Origin: Nitrospirales bacterium
GTDB taxonomy: Bacteria; Nitrospirota; Nitrospiria; Nitrospirales; UBA8639
DNA length: 64,000 bases
Assembly (NCBI GenBank): GCA_965223295.1
Contig: CBDCWC010000003.1
Location: 1,376,001 to 1,440,000, forward strand
Reading direction: 5' to 3'
Made by a program: the position numbers and the translations under genes. Under the pieces are notes generated by a model. That model did no database searches. It was not told where the DNA came from and saw only the letters and a list, made by a program, of their open reading frames with translations. This document shows, piece after piece, positions 56,578-64,000 of the stretch; the stretch's first letter is position 1, and each line of letters begins with the position of its first letter.

Positions 56578-59436
56578 TTAGTGCGCCTCATCCCATGTGA
56601 GGCCTTGGCCGACATCGACTGTGAGGGGAATTGAGAGTTGGAGGGTAGGAAGTGTGGCCGACTCCATGACCTGTTTCACCACCTGGGCGGTTTGCTTCAG
56701 AGCGGACTCTTCTACTTCAAATATCAATTCATCATGGACGGTCAATAACATACATGCTTTGTCGGTTAAGCCATGTTGTTCCAAAGCTGCAGGCACACGA
56801 ATCATGGCCCGTTTTAAAATGTCGGCCGCTGTTCCCTGGAGTGGAGCATTAATGGCAGCCCGTTCGGAGAAATTTCGTCGAGCGGGGTTCTTATCGTGGA
56901 TGGCGGGAACATGGCAGCGTCGGCCAAACAGCGTTTGAACATAACCATGCTCGCGACAAAATTGTTTGGTGCGTTCCATGTAATCTTGAATACCGGGGTA
57001 TCGCGCAAAGTAAGATTTGATATAGGTAGCTGCTTCAGACTGTTCCACGCCCAATTGCCTAGCCAGGCCGAAGGCACTAATGCCATAGATGATGCCAAAG
57101 TTAATAGCTTTTGCCATTCGCCGGGTTCCTGAATCAATCTTTTCTAGTGGAATGTCGAAGACTTGACTGGCTGTGAGTGCGTGAATATCTTGTCTTTCGC
57201 GAAAGGCTTGCTTTAAGACCGTAATGTCCGCCACATGAGCCAAGAGCCGCAATTCGATCTGGGAGTAATCCAATGACAAGAGGTGCCAGCCCGGTTCTGC
57301 CACAAACGCTCGACGAATCTTCCGGCCTTCTTCTGTGCGGATGGGAATGTTTTGAAGATTGGGATCGGTAGACGACAGACGCCCAGTTGCGGCCGAGGCC
57401 ATGGCATAGGATGTATGGACACGATCAGTCTGAGGATTGATCTGCTGAATCAGAGCTTCTGCATAGGTGCTACGGAGCTTATCTAAATGGCGCCATTCCA
57501 AAATGCGAGTCGGCAATTCATGGCCTTGAGCAGCCAGTGTGTCTAACACATCGGCCCCGGTTCCATAACTCCCTCCTTTGCCTTTTTTTCCGCCTTCAAA
57601 GCCTAAATGGTCAAACAGAACTTCTCCCAGTTGTTTAGGGGACCCCACGTTGAATGATTTTCCAGCCAAACGATGAATATTTTGTTCCAGTTCTTGCAGC
57701 CGTCGAGAAAATTCTTGGGATACTTGTTTGAGTTGAGCCACGTCGACCTTGATTCCCTTGTGTTCCATAGCAGCCAACACCGGAATTAAGGGGCGCTCCA
57801 GTGTTTCATAGACCGTGGTCATCTGCTCTTCGACCAGACGAGGTTTCAAATGTTGGTGTAGGCGAAAAGTTACTTCAGCATCTTCGGCTGCATAGTTCAG
57901 AGCCGTGTCCAAGGGTACTTGGTCGAATGTGACTTGTGATTTTCCTGTCCCCGCGACCTCTTTATAGGTAATCGTAGTATGTCCAAGGTATCGTTGAGCG
58001 AGTTCATCCATGCCATGGCCATGTAGGCCCCCTTCTAATACATAAGATAACAACATGGAATCATCTACAGGATTGATGGCGATTTCATATCGTTTCAAGA
58101 CCACTATGTCGTATTTGATGTTCTGGCCAATTTTTAAGACGCTCGGATCAGCGAGCAATGGGCGTAATCGATCAAGAGCGAGGTGTAGAGGGATTTGTTG
58201 TGGTCTTTCCGATTCCGCGTTCGCAGAAGTTAATAGATCTATAGAAGCTGTGGTCCCAGGCTTCCCATGCGCCAGGGGGATATAACAGGCCTTTCCGGGT
58301 CCGAGACTGAGGGAAATTCCGACCAATTCGGCTTGGGTTTGATCCAATGAAGTGGTTTCAGTATCCACAGCCACCAGACCTTGCTGGTAGGCGTTATCAA
58401 TCCAACGTTCTAAGGCTTGCATGTTTTGGACAAGTTCATATTCCGGCTCGGAGGGAACAGAAGGACGAGGCGAGTCAGCTTCTTGTCGGGAATCAGGTGG
58501 GCTAACCGTGGGAGGAGAGGATAGCGGAACAGAAGAATCAGCTTTCGAATTTCGACTATGAATACGAGCCAGAATGGACTTGAACCCGTGTTCCGCTAGG
58601 AACCTTTCCAAGTCTTCACGGATGGGTTCACGGCGCTCCAGCTCTGCTAGAGAAATGTGTGTCGGAACATTGTCTTGCAATCGAACAAGCTCACGAGAAA
58701 GTCGGGCGTTGTCCGCATGTTCGATCAGGTTCTCGCGCCGCTTTTTTTGCTTAATCTCTCCTGCCCGCGTGAGCAAGGAATCTAAGTCGCCGTATTCTTG
58801 AATGAGTTGCGCGGCAGTTTTGATGCCGATTCCAGGGACGCCCGTGATATTGTCGGTAGAATCTCCGGCTAGTGATTGAACGTCCACAACTTTTTCAGGT
58901 GGAACACCGAATTTTTCTTGAACCTGTTCTGGCCCAATCTTTCGATTTTTGATGGAATCATACATATTGACTTGATCTGACACGAGCTGCATGAGGTCTT
59001 TATCCGATGACACAATGGTGACAGTGGCACCAATCTCCGAAGCTTGTTTGGCGTAGGTGGCAATGAGATCATCAGCTTCAAACCCTGGCAACTCAATACA
59101 GTCCAAATTGAAGGCGCGGGTGGCCTCTCGTACCAATTCAAATTGCGGCACTAATTCTTCAGGAGGTTCTGAACGGTTGGCTTTATATGATGGGTCGATA
59201 TCGTTGCGAAAGGTTTTTCGGGCAGAGTCGAAGATCACGGCAATATGATCCGGCTTCATGTCGTCCAGCAATTTCATGAGCATGGTAATGAATCCATAGA
59301 CCGCATTGACAGGCGTGCCGGCAGGATTGTTCATGATGCGAATGGCGTGAAATGCCCGAAAAATAAAACCCGAAGCATCCACCAATACTACATGTTTGAT
59401 GGGAAGAGGAACGGTCTCTTGAAGTTGATTAGTCAT
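56578..59436 (-). CDS. polA: DNA polymerase I; start uncertain (up to 59502)
   Basis: 5'-3' exo (EADD, SSDKD), 3'-5' exo (DTETT, NIKYD, YAAED), pol motifs DYSQIELR, KAINFGIIYG, VHDE. Confidence 0.97.
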   Translation of the reverse strand: MTNQLQETVPLPIKHVVLVDASGFIFRAFHAIRIMNNPAGTPVNAVYGFITMLMKLLDDMKPDHIAVIFDSARKTFRNDIDPSYKANRSEPPEELVPQFELVREATRAFNLDCIELPGFEADDLIATYAKQASEIGATVTIVSSDKDLMQLVSDQVNMYDSIKNRKIGPEQVQEKFGVPPEKVVDVQSLAGDSTDNITGVPGIGIKTAAQLIQEYGDLDSLLTRAGEIKQKKRRENLIEHADNARLSRELVRLQDNVPTHISLAELERREPIREDLERFLAEHGFKSILARIHSRNSKADSSVPLSSPPTVSPPDSRQEADSPRPSVPSEPEYELVQNMQALERWIDNAYQQGLVAVDTETTSLDQTQAELVGISLSLGPGKACYIPLAHGKPGTTASIDLLTSANAESERPQQIPLHLALDRLRPLLADPSVLKIGQNIKYDIVVLKRYEIAINPVDDSMLLSYVLEGGLHGHGMDELAQRYLGHTTITYKEVAGTGKSQVTFDQVPLDTALNYAAEDAEVTFRLHQHLKPRLVEEQMTTVYETLERPLIPVLAAMEHKGIKVDVAQLKQVSQEFSRRLQELEQNIHRLAGKSFNVGSPKQLGEVLFDHLGFEGGKKGKGGSYGTGADVLDTLAAQGHELPTRILEWRHLDKLRSTYAEALIQQINPQTDRVHTSYAMASAATGRLSSTDPNLQNIPIRTEEGRKIRRAFVAEPGWHLLSLDYSQIELRLLAHVADITVLKQAFRERQDIHALTASQVFDIPLEKIDSGTRRMAKAINFGIIYGISAFGLARQLGVEQSEAATYIKSYFARYPGIQDYMERTKQFCREHGYVQTLFGRRCHVPAIHDKNPARRNFSERAAINAPLQGTAADILKRAMIRVPAALEQHGLTDKACMLLTVHDELIFEVEESALKQTAQVVKQVMESATLPTLQLSIPLTVDVGQGLTWDEAH

Positions 59437-59573
59437 GATTGGTCTTGAGGTACGAGGAGGAAGAAGATACCTCATGGATTGGCTGCTGTCGATATCCTCC
59501 ATACAAATATTGGAAAAGATTTCTCTGTGCGAGACAAGATCAGAAATATCGGCCGTGTGCCTCAGGTCTTTCT

Positions 59574-59764
59574 GGGTCTGTTGAAAAAAGCCGCCAGCAG
59601 CGTTCTCACCATTTTCCCGTGCTCACATACTGCCAGTATGCTCCGCGCGCAAAAATAGCTGCGGCCTTGCTAAACGGGCGTTTTTGAACAGACCCAAGGC
59701 CTCTGTCATGTCACGTCGCAGAGACGAAATTTGGCCGTTGATATCATCACTATTCAACAGTCCC
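59574..59764 (-). mobile_element. Composite MITE, copy 3 (191 bp, inverted)
   Basis: Ends GGGTCTGTTGAA...TTCAACAGTCCC, flanked by direct repeat TTTCT on both sides. Confidence 0.9.
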
Positions 59765-59840
59765 TTTCTCTTCATCCTAAGGGTGTGAGACATGCTAAGA
59801 TACTGTATCCCCTCGTTTGCCATGGAAGGAACCTCTCGCT

Positions 59841-61700
59841 ATGAGGAAATTCATGATCGCACTTGCCATTGTCTTTGCACTTCTTATTGTCGTGGTTCTT
59901 CTGCTGCCTTTTTTACTGGACCTCAATCGATATCGTGATCAGTATCTGCCGGTGGTTGAAGAAGCGCTTGATCGCAAGGTTGAGGTAGAAGATATCCGGC
60001 TGACACTCTTCCCAACGTTAGGGGTACAATTGCGGAATGTGGTGATTGCGGATGATCCTGCCTTCAGTCCAAAGCCGTTTATGACTGTGCCATCTGTGCA
60101 GGTGGCTGTTCAATGGAGACCTCTTTTAGAGCAACGGGTTCAGGTGGAGAGTGTTTTCATTGAAGATCCGATTGTGCGGGTCATTCGATCAAAGACGGGA
60201 GAACTCAATGCCTCGACGATGGGGAAAGTGTCTCCTCCTGACACCACTCCAGATGATACAGGAGAACCGGCAGACTCAGTTTCTCCCCTTTTAGGCGTTT
60301 TTGCGGTGGAGCAGTTTTCGATGACTGGAGGAACTCTCGACTTTGAAGACCGCATGCCTCAGCCTTCGCAGACGTATCAGATTCAAAGTTTGGCATTAGA
60401 TACACAATCCGTGGCTATTGGAAAAACGGCCCAGATTGAGTTGAATGGTACGGTGATGCCCTACAACATGCCTGTTGCTGTCAATGGACGGGTCGGACCC
60501 ATTCAAGCCAATTTAGATATTCCAACACTCGATATCGATGGACAGGTGGGTAAGGTGGGCGTGGCAGCTCAGGGGAACATGCTCAAGGGAAAATTGACAA
60601 TGGATGTGCAGGTTCCTCAAGCGTCAACTGCCGATGTGCCTCTCGAATTGGGTTTGGAAAAACCTGTTAGCTTATCGCAAGTAGAGGCGCATCTTGTCGC
60701 CCTACTTTTTTCTAAAGATCCCCGGGCCCAGCCATCGGAAATGACTATCAATCCCCTTCGTGCCAATCTTCATCTCGGACAATCTACGGTTCATCTGACT
60801 GGAAAAGGTACACCGTCACACTTTTCGCTTGTCGGTGATTCTCAATCTCTGGCTTCGCAGGATCTCCCTATTTCTCTTCCTGTTGAACAACCATTTTCAT
60901 TGGAGCAGGTTCGATTTGAGGCTGAGTCAAAGGGGACGAAGGTGTATCTTCAAAACTTGAAGGCAAAAGCTTTTGAAGGGGCTCTGTTAGCCAACGGTGT
61001 GATGAATCAAGCCGGTCCGCCTTATACCTTTTCTACTCAGGGGACATTCAAAAACTTTTCAATTGATTCACTGGTTAAGGTCATGCGGACTTCTTCGCTC
61101 AGCATGACAGGAGCTGGGCAGTTGGACTGGAATGTCACCGGGGTCCTGTCACAGTCACAGCCAATACAGATAGAGGGCCCGGCTCAACTTACTCTACGAG
61201 AAGGCGAAGTCATTGGTTTTGATCTGGTGAAAACTATTGAGGAGGCTTTGCAAATATCAGGCATTCTTGGAAAACCCACCGGCGCCACGCAATATTCGTT
61301 GATTGATGCCAAAACCGCATTGGAAGCAGACGGCCTAGTCATCCAGGAGCTTATCGCCAATATGCCGAATATTTCCCTGCGGAGCGTTGGAAAGCTGGGA
61401 TTGGATCAATCCGTGAATTTTCAGGGAACAATTGGTGTTCCATCTGCCATTGCCGAGAAAATTGTTCGTCGGTTCCCTGTAGCCAAAATGGTCCGACAGC
61501 GTGGACAATTGTTGCTGCCATTTGTCATAAGAGGGACGGCTCAGGACCCTGTCTTTCGTGTAGATACCCAATCACTTGGGAAGCAGGTTCAAAGGAAAGT
61601 TGAAGAACGGCTTGAAAAGGTTTTGCACGGAGATGATAAAGAAATAGAGAAACTGATGGACGAGGGAAAGGGGTTACTGAAACAATTCTTTGGGAAATAG
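59841..61700 (+). CDS. AsmA-family protein
   Basis: N-terminal TM then DLNRYR...LDRKV...LTLFP; beta-rich body; AsmA-like C-terminus. Confidence 0.8.
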   Translation: MRKFMIALAIVFALLIVVVLLLPFLLDLNRYRDQYLPVVEEALDRKVEVEDIRLTLFPTLGVQLRNVVIADDPAFSPKPFMTVPSVQVAVQWRPLLEQRVQVESVFIEDPIVRVIRSKTGELNASTMGKVSPPDTTPDDTGEPADSVSPLLGVFAVEQFSMTGGTLDFEDRMPQPSQTYQIQSLALDTQSVAIGKTAQIELNGTVMPYNMPVAVNGRVGPIQANLDIPTLDIDGQVGKVGVAAQGNMLKGKLTMDVQVPQASTADVPLELGLEKPVSLSQVEAHLVALLFSKDPRAQPSEMTINPLRANLHLGQSTVHLTGKGTPSHFSLVGDSQSLASQDLPISLPVEQPFSLEQVRFEAESKGTKVYLQNLKAKAFEGALLANGVMNQAGPPYTFSTQGTFKNFSIDSLVKVMRTSSLSMTGAGQLDWNVTGVLSQSQPIQIEGPAQLTLREGEVIGFDLVKTIEEALQISGILGKPTGATQYSLIDAKTALEADGLVIQELIANMPNISLRSVGKLGLDQSVNFQGTIGVPSAIAEKIVRRFPVAKMVRQRGQLLLPFVIRGTAQDPVFRVDTQSLGKQVQRKVEERLEKVLHGDDKEIEKLMDEGKGLLKQFFGK

Positions 61701-61767
61701 GGAAATATTGGTTGCTGCCAATGGATCTAGGGATTGAGGTCAGCCAGAATAGGTAAGTTTGTCATCA

Positions 61768-62202
61768 CTATTTGGGCACCAGAGTAGGCTTATGACGAAA
61801 TGGAGCCTTGGTACGGCATAGCGTATTAGCCAGAGCGCGTATTTCACCAACATCAAAGGGTTTGCTGAGAATAGCATAGGCTCCCAACTTTTCTGCTTGT
61901 TCTTGAACTTCTGGAGTGAGTAACCCGGTCATCATAATAATTGGGGCCACAGAATGTTGGTGGTTTTGTTGAAGATGTTTGAGAAACTGTACCCCTGTCA
62001 TCACTGGCATCCCATTGTCCAGGATAATGATGTCTATGCTTTGAGATTCCAGTATGGCTAATCCTTCCTTCCCATTTTCTGCTTCCACACAATGAAATCC
62101 TTCATAGCTGAAAATTAGCCGAAGTAAATCCCGGGTGACGACATCGTCTTCAATGATGAGCATGGTTTTTGACATGAGCCTGCTCTCCTGGTTAAAAGCC
62201 AT
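61768..62202 (-). CDS. Single-domain response regulator
   Basis: IIEDD, ILDNGMP, MTG, SKPF. Confidence 0.88.
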   Translation of the reverse strand: MAFNQESRLMSKTMLIIEDDVVTRDLLRLIFSYEGFHCVEAENGKEGLAILESQSIDIIILDNGMPVMTGVQFLKHLQQNHQHSVAPIIMMTGLLTPEVQEQAEKLGAYAILSKPFDVGEIRALANTLCRTKAPFRHKPTLVPK

Positions 62203-62370
62203 TTATTGTGTATTAGACGCTTGTCTCCCTAACAAGAACGAGCATTACGATTGGCGAAACCCCTTCCAAATTAAGTACATTCCTCCAAACAACCCGAGAC
62301 CTGTAACGAAAACCGCAGCAAGAAGTTCCATTAGTCTTTTCTCTCTCTCTAGACGTTATGATTTGATAGA

Positions 62371-62386
62371 AGCAAAGCCCATACCA
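62371..62386 (-). promoter_or_regulatory. Candidate sigma54 -24/-12 promoter
   Basis: TGGTAT-GGGCT-TTGCT on the minus strand upstream of the response regulator. Confidence 0.55.
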
Positions 62387-62647
62387 AAAAATGAGCCTTA
62401 GGTTGACATACGAAATTCAAGACAGAATGTTCATAACTGATTGGAAAGTATGGAAATGTCGTTGAATTCTTGAAATAAAATTTTAAAATCTAAAAAATTT
62501 CCAGAGATCTAGGGGATGATTCTTGGAAAAACGGTGATCAAAAAAGATACAACGTGTATCTTTTTTTAAAAAAAAGGACTCCAGATCGGTCAGTGATGAT
62601 TTTCCTTTACGTGGTTCAGAATTTTGGAAGGTTCTCCAGAGGCAGAT

Positions 62648-64000
62648 TTATTCCTGGCGTAGGACAGACAGTGGTGGGAAGCCCAGTAGGCGGTACGTCC
62701 CAAGAAAGCCGGTCAGGAGCGTGAGCGCGATGGTCAGAAGGAGTCCAGTGAGGAGGGAGGTCGTCGTGAAAGCCCAGGTGACATCAAAAAACACAGTGAC
62801 AATTGTCCAGGAAAGCAGGCAGCCTAAAACTAACCCTACCAAGCCTGCAAATGCTCCAATGAATCCAAATTCTGTGCAGAGTGAAAACAGCAAGAGACCA
62901 CGATTGCCACCAAGGGCTTTGAGAATGGCGAGTTCATGTAATCGTCGATAGCGGTTGATTGAGATCGCTGCGACCATCACGATGGCTCCAGTGATAATGC
63001 AGAGTACCGCCAGTGCCCGGATACCGATTGCGAGTTGCCGAAAAATTTTTGCGATGTTGTCCAATACGTCCCCCACATGAATAGCGGTCACATTGGGCAT
63101 GGCTCCCACAATGGCTTGTTGCAAGGGAATTTCCATTGTGTGAGGAACCTTGGCCGTCGCGATATAGGTGAGAGGGGCGCCATCTAATGAGCCTGGTTCG
63201 GCGATCATAAAAAAATTCATGGAAAAAGAGCTCCAGTCGACGGCACGAAGACTAGAGACTTGTGCAGCAAATGGCACACCTTGAATATTTAAGGTGAATG
63301 TAGATCCCACCCGCAGTCCCAAATTTTTCGCGGCCTCTGCTTCGACCGAGACCCTTGGGAGGTCGTTTGGGGTTTGCGTCCGATCAACAAAATGTTGGGG
63401 GAGCTTGTTGTCCCACCATTCTCCTTGCGTCACAATATTATCTTTTGGAAGGGATTGGAAGGAGGTCACGACATACTCTCTCGTAAAATACCAGCCATTT
63501 CGTTTTCCCTTATGCTCTTCAGGATTGATGGAATGACCGTCAATGACGGTGAGCCTGGTGCGTACGACAGGGACTACGTCATAGGGTGAGCCTGGAATGT
63601 GTTGTTCTAACACGTGCTTGAAGGAAGCATGTTGATCAGGTTGGATATCAATGAAAAAAAACGAGGGTGCGTTGGTCGGAATTTGATTTTCGATGAGGTC
63701 AAGCAGCCTGTCCTGTACAATGACGAGAGTGGTCATGAGCATGACACCCATGCCAATGGCTAGAGTCATAGCCTTCGTGAAATTTCCAGGTCGTCGAAGA
63801 TTGTTGGTCGCATGGCGTAACAACCATCTTTGCGGAAAGGGTATGTGTCTTAGCAAAGAGAATAAGAGGCTTGTGCCACCCAGAAGGGCCCCAATGGCAA
63901 CTACAAAGGCCCCACAAAAGAACAAGCCCAGCGAAAACGAATGGGCTTGCCAGATGCTCAACCCTATCAAGCATGCGGCAATACCAAGCGTGACCATTCT
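62648..64000 (-). CDS. ABC transporter permease, YbbP/FtsX-like (5' part outside window)
   Basis: APSFFFIDIQ, LRAVDWSSFSMNF, ELAILKALG. Confidence 0.88.
   Translation of the reverse strand, partial: RMVTLGIAACLIGLSIWQAHSFSLGLFFCGAFVVAIGALLGGTSLLFSLLRHIPFPQRWLLRHATNNLRRPGNFTKAMTLAIGMGVMLMTTLVIVQDRLLDLIENQIPTNAPSFFFIDIQPDQHASFKHVLEQHIPGSPYDVVPVVRTRLTVIDGHSINPEEHKGKRNGWYFTREYVVTSFQSLPKDNIVTQGEWWDNKLPQHFVDRTQTPNDLPRVSVEAEAAKNLGLRVGSTFTLNIQGVPFAAQVSSLRAVDWSSFSMNFFMIAEPGSLDGAPLTYIATAKVPHTMEIPLQQAIVGAMPNVTAIHVGDVLDNIAKIFRQLAIGIRALAVLCIITGAIVMVAAISINRYRRLHELAILKALGGNRGLLLFSLCTEFGFIGAFAGLVGLVLGCLLSWTIVTVFFDVTWAFTTTSLLTGLLLTIALTLLTGFLGTYRLLGFPPLSVLRQE

Noticed and set aside
280-63974. Many short antisense or alternate-frame ORFs in the track
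   Set aside because: They are shadows of well-supported genes and carry no recognisable motifs
1-64000. CRISPR array, rRNA, transposase
   Set aside because: No regularly spaced repeat-spacer array, rRNA-like segment or transposase ORF was seen

Overview
Bacterial chromosomal window of moderate GC, gene-dense. Gene content suggests a Nitrospirales/Nitrospira-like organism (inference, not verified). From left to right: (1) the end of an operon with a multi-PCP_red/rubredoxin-like protein, an AhbD/NirJ-like radical SAM enzyme with its own PCP_red tail, and a CopD-like membrane protein; (2) der, a cytochrome c and peptidases; (3) an ~18.5 kb xanthomonadin/aryl-polyene-type type II PKS cluster (10.5-29 kb) with two flavin-dependent halogenase-like genes, a chorismatase, a divergent B12-type radical SAM gene and a UbiE-like methyltransferase; (4) a DUF3015 x2 + DUF4105/beta-barrel locus; (5) housekeeping genes (tatA-like, nagZ, pepA, queE, tRNA-Leu(GAG), msrB, hpf, phosphohexomutase, xth, polA, asmA-like), a TPR/Sel1 protein with a membrane-anchored sigma54 activator, and a PEP-CTERM gene. 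Non-coding structure: three copies of a ~190 bp composite MITE, each with its own perfect 5 bp target-site duplication; a second 141 bp MITE with perfect 18 bp TIRs and a related core; a tRNA 3'-end duplication enclosing a hairpin-rich spacer; and three sigma54 promoter candidates. No CRISPR array, rRNA, transposase or integrase was seen. Family assignments come from motif recognition by eye; no searches were run.
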